From a virus (lineage: Duplodnaviria > Caudoviricetes): a stretch of DNA of 57,391 bases. Positions 1 to 8,734 of the stretch are shown here, piece by piece; within the stretch, counting starts at the first letter, position 1, and every line of letters begins with the position of its first letter. The stretch is taken from positions 1 to 57,391 of the IMG/VR virus record IMGVR_UViG_3300027708_000083; one strand, written 5' to 3'. The position numbers and the translations under genes are program-made. A model generated the notes under the pieces. That model was given only the letters and a program-made list of their open reading frames with translations. It was not told the origin of the DNA and did not search any database.

Positions 1-30
1 TAATAATTGCTTGTGTGTTCATGGTAGTCC

Positions 31-561
31 TTAATTATAAAATATGTGACGGCCGATCTTGGCCACTGGTTTCTTGTTCCACCCGGGTTTTACATAGTCC
101 CCATGAAAGTACAGGGCATTCTTTAGGTCTGGAAGTCTAAATCCTTCAAGTAAGACTTTCTTTGCCACTTCCATACTTTCGGTATAGATAGGTCCATTCA
201 TTGGTTTCATGGCATTTGGACTTTGGCAATACCAGCTGAACTGGCACAGCACACGTTCGTAGACTATATTCTTTTGGTAGACTACTTGGCAGATGTCAGA
301 TGGAAATGCGCCACTTTCTGTTCTGTTGATTGTTACTTGAGCCACTGCCACTTTGCCTTCAAAAGGTTCCGAGCCTGCTTCATGGTAGATATTACGAGCT
401 AGACAATCTAATTGTGTTTGTCTCATTTGCGCTGTAATTGGGCTTGCTGTTTCACGAGCTTCTTTAAGTTTGTTGAACTTAAATTGTACTGCTTGTTGAG
501 CGGCCAATGCCACTGCTAGTACTACTGAAATATTTAAAATTGTTTTGATAATGCGTATCAT
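31..561 (-). CDS. SleB-like cell wall hydrolase (Hydrolase_2) with N-terminal membrane anchor
   Basis: Motifs CLARNIYHEA, VAVAQVTINR, CQFSW and IGRHIFY. Start placed at ATG 561 behind AGGAG rather than at 729. Confidence 0.85.
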   Translation of the reverse strand: MIRIIKTILNISVVLAVALAAQQAVQFKFNKLKEARETASPITAQMRQTQLDCLARNIYHEAGSEPFEGKVAVAQVTINRTESGAFPSDICQVVYQKNIVYERVLCQFSWYCQSPNAMKPMNGPIYTESMEVAKKVLLEGFRLPDLKNALYFHGDYVKPGWNKKPVAKIGRHIFYN

Positions 562-732
562 TTTTTTCTCCTTTACGCTGGATGAGGTATCGCTAGTACC
601 ATCATTGTTAATTGCTTGGCTGTTTCCGTTTCTCCTTAAAAATAGGCCGTTGCCCACTAAACCTTTAGTGGGCAATATATAGTTATCCTTTGTTGACAGC
701 GTTAAAATACTATTATTATGAGTGACCATGCT

Positions 733-1128
733 TTATCGCCTCATACGAGCGATATCAACTGCTTCCTCATCGCTAAAAATTGGCACTGCATTGCTTTTGT
801 GCATGGTTGCGATGCCTTTGACTTTGGTTCCTGTATAAACTTTGGCTGGAGCCAAAGTAGCGTTACCACCAGTATCTATGCTTTTCAAATGTGCGGTTGT
901 GTTGCGACCTTCGGGGATTGTCAAACTATAGTGTCCGCTCAAGCTGGGTGCAGTCATGGCTCGGGCACGTTTCTTAGCCTCTGCTTCAACGCCCCATTTT
1001 TTCTGGAGTTCTTTCCATGACTCGTCTAGATCTCTAGCTTTTCTAGCATGTTCTGCCGAAGCGAATTTTTGTTTGCCTTTCTTTTTGCCGGTGGTACTGA
1101 GCCACGGACCTTCTAAATGCATTGACAT
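733..1128 (-). CDS. Conserved phage hypothetical protein
   Basis: 131-aa ORF. The C-terminal YTG..GIATMHKSNAVP motif is one I recognise from large myoviruses. Confidence 0.7.
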   Translation of the reverse strand: MSMHLEGPWLSTTGKKKGKQKFASAEHARKARDLDESWKELQKKWGVEAEAKKRARAMTAPSLSGHYSLTIPEGRNTTAHLKSIDTGGNATLAPAKVYTGTKVKGIATMHKSNAVPIFSDEEAVDIARMRR

Positions 1129-1129
1129 A

Positions 1130-1480
1130 TCAGTTCCACTCCATTAGTTGCTTGCCTGATTGTGTTTCTGTTAATTTTGAAACAAGTCCACCAATTCGAT
1201 TGTGTAAAGGGTCAGTTGATTTCATCTTGGTTGCATCAAACGGAAGTTGCATTTTAGAAAGCCAATGTTTAGTCATGCGAAGCAAATCAATATCATTCTG
1301 ACATTGTTGCATTGATAAAAATACGCATCGATCAACTGTATCATGAAACTCGTTACTATCATCACCGTATCTTAACTTAGCATCTTGCATTAGATTACCC
1401 AATTCATCTGCCATAGTTTTAGGATCAAATTTAAGTACATTCCAAAAATGTTGCTGTTCTGGTGTCAAGTTAAACTCCAA
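1130..1480 (-). CDS. Hypothetical protein
   Basis: 116-aa ORF with TTG start, downstream of a sigma70 promoter. Confidence 0.6.
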   Translation of the reverse strand: MEFNLTPEQQHFWNVLKFDPKTMADELGNLMQDAKLRYGDDSNEFHDTVDRCVFLSMQQCQNDIDLLRMTKHWLSKMQLPFDATKMKSTDPLHNRIGGLVSKLTETQSGKQLMEWN

Positions 1481-1498
1481 AAGTTATACACTACTAGT

Positions 1499-1527
1499 AT
1501 TATACTAGAATAGTCAAACTATGTCAA
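1499..1527 (-). promoter_or_regulatory. Sigma70-type promoter
   Basis: TTGACA-N17-TATAAT on the minus strand. Confidence 0.75.
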
Positions 1528-1533
1528 ATGTGT

Positions 1534-1860
1534 TTACACTCGAAAACTTTCACCGCAACCGCATTCGCCTTTGGAATTTGGATTGGAAAATTCAAACCCT
1601 TCATTGAGACCATTGCGGACCCAATCCATTGTCAAGCCATTCAAGTATGCTAGACTTTTGGCATCTACCAACACACAAAAATCTGGTTGGGCAAAATTGG
1701 TAACACCAACTTCAGGTTCGTACTCGTCCACATATTCCAGTGTATAAGCCAATCCACTGCAACCTGTGGTCTTTACACCGATTCGTATGCCAACACCTCG
1801 GCCTCGGCGTTTAAGCTGTTGCTGTATCTTCTTTGATGCTGTTTCGGTTACGATAATCAT
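1534..1860 (-). CDS. iscA: Iron-sulfur cluster A-type carrier IscA
   Basis: TTGCSGLAY, FEFSNPN and CGCGESF motifs. Confidence 0.92.
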   Translation of the reverse strand: MIIVTETASKKIQQQLKRRGRGVGIRIGVKTTGCSGLAYTLEYVDEYEPEVGVTNFAQPDFCVLVDAKSLAYLNGLTMDWVRNGLNEGFEFSNPNSKGECGCGESFRV

Positions 1861-2215
1861 TTACTGCCGCCTTGATAGCATCTTCTGCTAGTATTGAACA
1901 ATGTATCTTGACCGGAGGTAGAGCCAACTCTTCAGCAATGTCGCTGTTCTTGATTGAGCTTGCTTGATCCAAACTCATGCCTTTGACCAATTCAGTGATA
2001 AGAGAACTACTAGCAATGGCCGAACCACAACCGTAAGTCTTGAATTTTGCATCTGTAATGATACCATCTGCGCCTACTTTTATTTGTAGTTTCATCACAT
2101 CGCCACAAGCAGGTGCACCGACCATACCTGTGCCAACTGTGGGATCATCTTTTTCAAACGATCCCACGTTGCGTGGATTTTCGTAATGATCAATTACTTT
2201 ATCCGAGTATGCCAT
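1811..2215 (-). CDS. iscU: Iron-sulfur cluster scaffold IscU
   Basis: YSDKVIDHYENPRNVG, APACGDVM, GCGSAIAS and LPPVKIHCS. Confidence 0.95.
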   Translation of the reverse strand: MAYSDKVIDHYENPRNVGSFEKDDPTVGTGMVGAPACGDVMKLQIKVGADGIITDAKFKTYGCGSAIASSSLITELVKGMSLDQASSIKNSDIAEELALPPVKIHCSILAEDAIKAAVNDYRNRNSIKEDTATA

Positions 2216-2538
2216 TATTGTGTACAGGTCCTGGTACGAGTAACGGTACCATCAGAGTGTTGTGTTTCTGTCCATACCGTACAACTTGGTTGCGGTGTAA
2301 CTGTATATACAGGTTGCTGTTGCACAATAATCGGCTGTTGCTGTACAACTACAGGTGGTTCATAATAGCGTGGACGATTAAGTTCATAACCAATTACACC
2401 ACCGATAAGTGCTGGCCCAACCCAGTTGCCTCCAGCATAGAAGCCGCCGCCCCTATAGTAAGGACCATGATGATGCCATTGTGCATTAGCAGTACCTACT
2501 ACTGCTAACATTGAAAGTGCTAATAATAACTGTTTCAT
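2215..2538 (-). CDS. Secreted or membrane Gly/Pro/Gln-rich small protein
   Basis: Signal peptide MKQLLLALSMLAVVGTANA and a low-complexity body. Confidence 0.65.
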   Translation of the reverse strand: MKQLLLALSMLAVVGTANAQWHHHGPYYRGGGFYAGGNWVGPALIGGVIGYELNRPRYYEPPVVVQQQPIIVQQQPVYTVTPQPSCTVWTETQHSDGTVTRTRTCTQ

Positions 2539-2590
2539 AATAGTCTCCGGGCTATGCATATATAACGCCTTAGGCTAGTATTTAGTTGAC

Positions 2591-2785
2591 TTATTTTGGT
2601 TCTTTACGTGCGTTTTTAACTGCGGTGACATCGTTGCGAGTTTCTTTGCACAACTTAGCCAAATCCTGACAGTGCTTTCGAACACGGGTACCAGCGGCAC
2701 CTACTTCTTTGTCATAGAACTTTTCGAAGTCTGCTTCCATTGCTTCGACGATCTTTGTGAATTCTGCAAATTTATTTGTAGCCAT
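2591..2785 (-). CDS. Histone H1-like (Hc1-type) small basic protein
   Basis: KFYDKEVGAAGTRVRK..LAKLCKETR pattern. Confidence 0.65.
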   Translation of the reverse strand: MATNKFAEFTKIVEAMEADFEKFYDKEVGAAGTRVRKHCQDLAKLCKETRNDVTAVKNARKEPK

Positions 2786-2853
2786 TTTATTTCCTTTAAT
2801 GTGAGTACAGAGTACTTATACCTATTGTACAGGTGTCGAAAATAAAGGTCTAG

Positions 2854-3159
2854 TTAATTGACTATCACATCCGGTGATCCGGCAGTGATTGCGCCACCGT
2901 CTGTTGAATCTCCTACTCGGGCAACACCAACGCCACCAACAAATACATTGCTCGAACCTGCGTTAATAACAGCGCCATGCGGTACACAGTTTCTGCCAGA
3001 TCGTATTGTATGGGCCGCAGTTGGATTGCCGATACACTCTATCGCTATGCCGTTGGCAAACACTTTGGCTCCGGCACCGGTAGGGCCAGTCACAGTGGTT
3101 GTTCCGTCACAACTGTGTCCGGTTGTTGTTGGGTCTCCGTCTCGGGCTATTGCTGGCAT
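2854..3159 (-). CDS. PAAR-repeat spike tip protein
   Basis: PAIARDGD, ARVGD and GSPDV repeats with His/Cys ligands. Confidence 0.88.
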   Translation of the reverse strand: MPAIARDGDPTTTGHSCDGTTTVTGPTGAGAKVFANGIAIECIGNPTAAHTIRSGRNCVPHGAVINAGSSNVFVGGVGVARVGDSTDGGAITAGSPDVIVN

Positions 3160-3167
3160 AAAATTAT

Positions 3168-3458
3168 TTATGCCAATTTGATACCAGTAGTCTGCTCAGT
3201 ATATCGATCAGCGGCATCTTTTACCGTAGGGGCCAGCACCATAATTGCACTTCTGTTTATATTAACTTCGCCGTCTGGATCTGTGGTAAACAGAAATGGT
3301 ACTAGGCCAATACCATCTTTGGTTGCTGTCAAGCACAATGGTTTCCTTACAGTAACAGCCATTGGGTTTTCGGATACCAGTTTGGCAACAATCTCTTCAC
3401 CTGCTGTAGTTTTAATTGTGACTACTTCGCCAGCGGCGATACCTTTATTAATTAACAT
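3168..3458 (-). CDS. Conserved phage protein, possibly Sm/SH3-like beta fold
   Basis: VVTIKTTAGEEIVAKL...Y.EQTTGIKL. Start placed at MLINKG behind AAAGG. Confidence 0.65.
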   Translation of the reverse strand: MLINKGIAAGEVVTIKTTAGEEIVAKLVSENPMAVTVRKPLCLTATKDGIGLVPFLFTTDPDGEVNINRSAIMVLAPTVKDAADRYTEQTTGIKLA

Positions 3459-3459
3459 G

Positions 3460-3780
3460 TTATACCTTTTCGAAATGTTTTTTGAGTTCTGTGAACCCAC
3501 CTATATAATTATCGTCTAAAAATATCTGTGGTAAAGTTCTGGCTGTAGGTACAGCTTCTAATAGTTGTTCTTTAGTCCATGTTGTTTCGACATTTCTTTC
3601 TTCGTATTCAATACCTTTCATTTCAAGTAGGGCTTTGGCCTGTACACAAAATGGGCAAGAATTCTTACTCCATACTACTGCTTTCATATTGTCCTTTTTC
3701 TTAAAAATATTGTCCCAATTACTGTCAAATGTCTTGTGATCAACACTGAAAGGTCTTGGAGTACTTCCTTTTCCTGACAT
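3460..3780 (-). CDS. Glutaredoxin with a 31-aa N-terminal extension (alternative start at 3687)
   Basis: CPFC active site, TLPQIF and IGGF. Lies just downstream of nrdAB. Confidence 0.9.
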   Translation of the reverse strand: MSGKGSTPRPFSVDHKTFDSNWDNIFKKKDNMKAVVWSKNSCPFCVQAKALLEMKGIEYEERNVETTWTKEQLLEAVPTARTLPQIFLDDNYIGGFTELKKHFEKV

Positions 3781-3781
3781 G

Positions 3782-4444
3782 TTATCTCCTTGGTTTAAAG
3801 TGGAACACGCCCCCATTAGGTGCGTTGTTAGTATTATACATACTTATTAAGTCAAGTCCATACATTCCGGCTAACATGATTAATTTAGGATCCTTGTTAA
3901 CTTCAATAATATAAAGATCTGCATCATCTGTTAAATGAGCGTTTATGTTTTTATAGAATTCTCTATGGATGGCAAAATCTTGATCTACTAGTATGCGTAG
4001 CATATTTGGATCTGGATAATCCTTGCTAGTAGCAGTTTCATCAAATGTCCATGGGGGATTTGCTACAACTAGATCCCAAATTTCTTCTTGGGGAATATAT
4101 TCAATTGCAGGGCTTACATAGCCTGTAATTTTATCGGTTAGGTTATTATTGTGTGCGGTGCTGTAACAGTCTTTTATAGCTACATCATAGTAATCAGAGA
4201 ACACCATATGATCGCATAGACCGGCGCCTAGTACTTCAAAACCAATAACTCCAAAACCAGCACACCATTCAAATCCGCGATTGTACTTTTCTTTGCCGGA
4301 ATTTCTAATTGCTTTTATAATATCATTTTTGTATCTTAGCCCACCGCCGTCTAAATGGACAGGAGACGTAATCTTGATGCCGCTATCTAGAGTAACATCA
4401 AGAGGAGTCCAATCTTTCTCATAGTCTAATGACATTAATTTCAT
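3782..4444 (-). CDS. Class I SAM-dependent methyltransferase (NPPW type)
   Basis: EWCAGFGVIG motif I and DLVVANPPW motif IV. Confidence 0.8.
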   Translation of the reverse strand: MKLMSLDYEKDWTPLDVTLDSGIKITSPVHLDGGGLRYKNDIIKAIRNSGKEKYNRGFEWCAGFGVIGFEVLGAGLCDHMVFSDYYDVAIKDCYSTAHNNNLTDKITGYVSPAIEYIPQEEIWDLVVANPPWTFDETATSKDYPDPNMLRILVDQDFAIHREFYKNINAHLTDDADLYIIEVNKDPKLIMLAGMYGLDLISMYNTNNAPNGGVFHFKPRR

Positions 4445-5541
4445 AGTGACGGCAGTGCTTCATAATCTATGCCCTCCCCCATGATGCCAATAACATAATT
4501 TGTCGACTCATTTTCTTGTAGTGCTGTTTGCTTCTTGCTAGTATCTACGTGTTTGTTAAACCAGGGAATTGGTGTTGACTTTGGAGAACTTACTTGATAC
4601 TTGATTCCGATATCTTTGAGTGCGCTTACTGCGGTATAATCAACGAAATCTTTTAGAATGTTTGCGTTGAGACCAATCACAGGACCTTTCTTAAACAGGT
4701 ATACTGCCCAATCTTTTTCTTCCTGTATAACATCCAAGTACATTTGGTATACTTCGGCCTCGCAATCAAGTTTTGCGTTGGCAAATCGAGGATCTTCCTT
4801 GACCACTTGATTGATAATGTAAGCAGTCCAGCCTTTATGTAACAACTCGTCTTGTAGTATCAAACTGATAATATTACCGTTACCAATAAAGATCTTGTTC
4901 TCTACCATGGCCAAACTAGTAGCAAATGATACCATGAATCGAAATGCCTCTAGGGCATAGCTGGCGTTGAGTGCCAACCATATAGCTCGTATATGTTCAA
5001 CTTCGGAAACAAATTCTCCTGTTTCTTTGCGACAGTTAATCAAATGCAAATTGTCATAATACTTGCCTACACTTGCCGCCATGCTAACAATTTCTTCAGT
5101 GTCGTGAATGGTAGCAAATACATCCTTGGGCACATTGTAGATGTTGCGAATAATGTGGCTGTAGCTCTTTGAGTGAATGTTGGTTTCAAAGAATCCCCAG
5201 TTGTACATCAGTGCTTCTAATTCGGGAATACTACATACTGGAGTAAACACTTGTGTAGGGCCACGTCCTTGCAAACTATCTAATGCTGTTTGTCGTAGTA
5301 AGTTACTGGTAAAGATATGCTTAATGGCATCACTGGCATCTTTAAAGTCATTACTGTCTTTGCTTAGGCTAATCTCTTCGGGTTGCCAGAAGAAACCACG
5401 AGCCGTGGCATCGAAGTCTGCAATCTTCTTGTATTTAACTTCTTCGAAGCGTTGGATAGTCACTGGACCTGCTGGATCCAGAAACATCTTACGGCTTAGG
5501 TAGTCAGTTTTAGTGTGTAAGTTGTATTGTGCTTTGCTCAT
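4441..5541 (-). CDS. nrdB: Ribonucleotide reductase class Ia beta subunit
   Basis: FFWQPEEI, LDSLQGRGP, IHSKSY, LEAFRF and DELLH; C-terminal QE.E..Y. Confidence 0.95.
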   Translation of the reverse strand: MSKAQYNLHTKTDYLSRKMFLDPAGPVTIQRFEEVKYKKIADFDATARGFFWQPEEISLSKDSNDFKDASDAIKHIFTSNLLRQTALDSLQGRGPTQVFTPVCSIPELEALMYNWGFFETNIHSKSYSHIIRNIYNVPKDVFATIHDTEEIVSMAASVGKYYDNLHLINCRKETGEFVSEVEHIRAIWLALNASYALEAFRFMVSFATSLAMVENKIFIGNGNIISLILQDELLHKGWTAYIINQVVKEDPRFANAKLDCEAEVYQMYLDVIQEEKDWAVYLFKKGPVIGLNANILKDFVDYTAVSALKDIGIKYQVSSPKSTPIPWFNKHVDTSKKQTALQENESTNYVIGIMGEGIDYEALPSL

Positions 5542-5565
5542 TAATATTTTCCTGATGCAAGTTGT

Positions 5566-6273
5566 TCATCCAGGTAGTTCATTGGTTATTAATTTCCCTG
5601 TGCTATAGTTATCTATTGCATCTCGTATCCAATTGAAAACAATTTCATTTCGTCCTTCCCCATCTAGATGATTCCATGCTGGATCACCTATTACTCCGCC
5701 AATAGTATTACCGTTAGATATACTTATTCTATCTAATGCTGGACGAATTTCTAATCCGTTAGTCCATCGATAATGATACTCCCCAGCCCAGCACCACATC
5801 TCATGGTAAGACCATAAATGAATAATTTTTGTCGATGGTGGGAATAAAGGTAAGATTGTATTGTCAAAATAATACATAGCTGATTTCATTTGAAAATCTA
5901 CTAGTTCTGTATCGTACAGATATCTATAATATTGCTCGGCCGCCTTCCATACTGGCCCGGTTTCATTTCCGTGTATAATTTTTGTAAAAACTATGTCTCG
6001 AACATTTTTATGAAACAACCGATCTTTACTAGTCCAAACGAATATACATACATCGGGTATTGTTTGCTCTTGAATAAAAGGAGTAATTTGCATTAATATT
6101 GTATCATAGATAGAACTTCCCGCAAGTCCTATGTTGACGATCTCTGCTTGATAGTGATTTTGTAATTTTTTAATGTAGGTTTCATAGGTAGGCCATACAC
6201 CGTTGGTAGCAAATCCGCCATGGCGCTTGTCTAGCACTGAACAAAAACTATCCCCAAAAAATCCTATTTTCAT
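5566..6273 (-). CDS. SGNH/GDSL-hydrolase-like protein
   Basis: FFGDSF, GLAGSS and NHL motifs. Confidence 0.6.
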   Translation of the reverse strand: MKIGFFGDSFCSVLDKRHGGFATNGVWPTYETYIKKLQNHYQAEIVNIGLAGSSIYDTILMQITPFIQEQTIPDVCIFVWTSKDRLFHKNVRDIVFTKIIHGNETGPVWKAAEQYYRYLYDTELVDFQMKSAMYYFDNTILPLFPPSTKIIHLWSYHEMWCWAGEYHYRWTNGLEIRPALDRISISNGNTIGGVIGDPAWNHLDGEGRNEIVFNWIRDAIDNYSTGKLITNELPG

Positions 6274-8591
6274 AACTTACAACTCTCACAATCTTCTTCA
6301 TTATCAAAGTCAATTGGTTCTAACATCGCAGGCGCATCTTCTTGTACTGCTTTACTGCCCGCTTTGTTGATCAAACTGTAGTAGAATGTCTTTAGTCCCC
6401 ATGCATGTGCTTGCATTAAGTTCTTAATAATTAAAGTAGTCGGTACTTTACGATCCGCCCAATGCGCAGGATTATAGAATGTGTTAGTGCTGATGCTTTG
6501 ATCAACATAAGCGGCTAACACACTGGCTGTTTTCAAATAGCCGTCGCAGTCTTTTTGTTCCCACATGAGTTGATACTTGTTCTTGAGTTTATGATACTCT
6601 GGAACAACTTGAATAAAACTGCCTGCTTTACTTTCTTTAACACTGATTAAACTCATGGGTAACTCAATTCCATTAGTGCTGTTTATAACAACGCTTGAGC
6701 TTTCGACTGGGGCAATGGCCATCAATGTGGCATTGCGAACACCGTACTGTTTCATGTTGACTCGCAGTGTTTCCCAATCAAGTTCTGGGGCAAAGTTTGC
6801 TAGTTCATTAGCACCCTCTGCTCGTAATTCCCAAGGGAATATGCCTTGACCATATCGTGTCTTATCACTGTGGGTGCATGGCCCACGTTCTTTAGCTAGT
6901 TCTACTGTGGCTTCAGTCAAGTAAAAGGCTTGATGCTCCATCCAGCTCTTGACATCTTGTAGTGCATCCTTTTCACCATAACGTAGTCCACGTTTGGCAT
7001 GCCAATAGGCCAAATTAGTTACGCCAATACCCAAGGGTTGGATTTCATCATTACTGAGTTTGCTTTGAATACTTAAAAAATCTTGGTAGTCAAGTATGTT
7101 GCACAGACTGCGCTGTAAAATGCGGCAAGCACGGCGCATGTCTTCTGGATTGCGGAAGGCTCCCCAGTTGATACTGCCGAGTGTGCAAAGAGCAATGCGG
7201 CCGTCCACATCATCAAGACGTTTAAAAGATTTAGTAGGTAAAAGTATTTCACAGCATAAGTTACTTTGATAAATGGTATGGTACTCAGGATCAAATGGTC
7301 CTTGATTCTGTACATTGTCGATGAACACAAGATAGATCCGACCAGTGTCGGTACGTTCTTTTAGTATGCCACTCTTGAATACTTCTTCAGCACTCATAGT
7401 TTTGGTACGTAGGTCTCGACGCTTTTCGTATTTTACATACAGTTCTTCAAATTCTGCTGTGTTACGATAAAAGGCTTCATATAGGTCTGGTACCTCATTC
7501 GGGTCAAAGAAGGTGATGTTCTCTTTGTTCTTGAACCGGCGCCAAAAGAATTTGCTAAGGACAACTCCGTAGTCCATGTGTCGAACTCTAGTTTCCTCTG
7601 TGCCTTGATTGTTTTTAAGAACAATAAGGTCATCAAACTGATGATGCCAAATGGGATAAAATACAGTAGCACTTGCATTGCGAATACCTCCTTGACTGCA
7701 TGAGCGTAAATCTCCAAACCACTTCTTAAGGAATGGAACCATACCTGTGTGCATAATCTCACCTCCGCGGATGGGACTGCCCAAAGGACGTAGTCGTCCA
7801 ATCTCTAAACCAATGCCAGCACGTTTGCTGGCATACTTGGCCATCATCTCACCAGACGCGAAAATACTGTCCAGATCATCATCTGATCTAATAAGAACGC
7901 AACTGCTAAATTGTTTCGTAGGAGTACCAAGCCCAGCAAGAACAGGAGTAGCAAGAGTAAATAACCCGTCACTAGCCGCTTGGTAGTACTCTTTGATGTA
8001 GCGCATTCTCGCTGAGTTGGGTTCTTCTTTGTGGAAGACAGTGGCAGCGGCAATAATATATCTAATCTGTGGTGTTTCATAAGTTTGTTTTGTTGCGCGA
8101 TTCTTTACTAGATATTTTTCGATTAGCTGTTCAATAGCCGCATAACCATACTGTTCATCTTTTTCATGATCCAGCATGTCATTCATCCGGTTCCAGTCGT
8201 CTTCTGAGTACCATTCTAATAGTTCTGGAGTATACAGGCCTGTGGCCACATTCTTTTGTACAATAGAGAAAAGACTTGGGACTTGGTATTGTCCGTATAC
8301 ATCTTTACGCAAGATGCTGAGACGCTGTTTACCTGCTACATATTGATAATTGGTGTGGCCTACATCTGGATTTGATTCTACATCGATCAAATCTACGATA
8401 GCACGTAGGGTAATGTTGTCAATTTCGCTAGTGGTAATTCCATCATAGAAGTGCGGCTGACTCTTGATTTCAATCATACTTTGACTGACGTCTGCTATGC
8501 CTTGACAGACTTTGGTTATTTGAGCTTGCCATTTCTCAACTGCTAACGGCTCCCGGCTGCCGTTTCTCTTAATTACTGTTATCTTGCTCAT
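6270..8591 (-). CDS. nrdA: Ribonucleotide reductase class Ia alpha subunit with ATP cone
   Basis: VIKRNG ATP cone, QFSSC, SNLCCEI, LCTL, APVESSS, KTFYY and a C-terminal CESC. Confidence 0.97.
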   Translation of the reverse strand: MSKITVIKRNGSREPLAVEKWQAQITKVCQGIADVSQSMIEIKSQPHFYDGITTSEIDNITLRAIVDLIDVESNPDVGHTNYQYVAGKQRLSILRKDVYGQYQVPSLFSIVQKNVATGLYTPELLEWYSEDDWNRMNDMLDHEKDEQYGYAAIEQLIEKYLVKNRATKQTYETPQIRYIIAAATVFHKEEPNSARMRYIKEYYQAASDGLFTLATPVLAGLGTPTKQFSSCVLIRSDDDLDSIFASGEMMAKYASKRAGIGLEIGRLRPLGSPIRGGEIMHTGMVPFLKKWFGDLRSCSQGGIRNASATVFYPIWHHQFDDLIVLKNNQGTEETRVRHMDYGVVLSKFFWRRFKNKENITFFDPNEVPDLYEAFYRNTAEFEELYVKYEKRRDLRTKTMSAEEVFKSGILKERTDTGRIYLVFIDNVQNQGPFDPEYHTIYQSNLCCEILLPTKSFKRLDDVDGRIALCTLGSINWGAFRNPEDMRRACRILQRSLCNILDYQDFLSIQSKLSNDEIQPLGIGVTNLAYWHAKRGLRYGEKDALQDVKSWMEHQAFYLTEATVELAKERGPCTHSDKTRYGQGIFPWELRAEGANELANFAPELDWETLRVNMKQYGVRNATLMAIAPVESSSVVINSTNGIELPMSLISVKESKAGSFIQVVPEYHKLKNKYQLMWEQKDCDGYLKTASVLAAYVDQSISTNTFYNPAHWADRKVPTTLIIKNLMQAHAWGLKTFYYSLINKAGSKAVQEDAPAMLEPIDFDNEEDCESCKL

Positions 8592-8734
8592 TATTACCTA
8601 TTCTAAATTGTTTATACTTTACTTAATTTGTTTGTTTAGAAAAGTATTTAGTGATGAGACATGGCCTTCTACATCTTATTCGTTATATTAACACGAATTA
8701 TATACGCATTTATAGACAATGTCTACTCAATCGG

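Noticed and set aside
562-729. 56-aa N-terminal extension of the wall hydrolase
   Set aside because: A strong RBS and signal-anchor begin at 561; the upstream stretch looks regulatory.
6270-8591. Intein or intron in nrdA or nrdB
   Set aside because: Both have ordinary class Ia lengths and continuous motifs.
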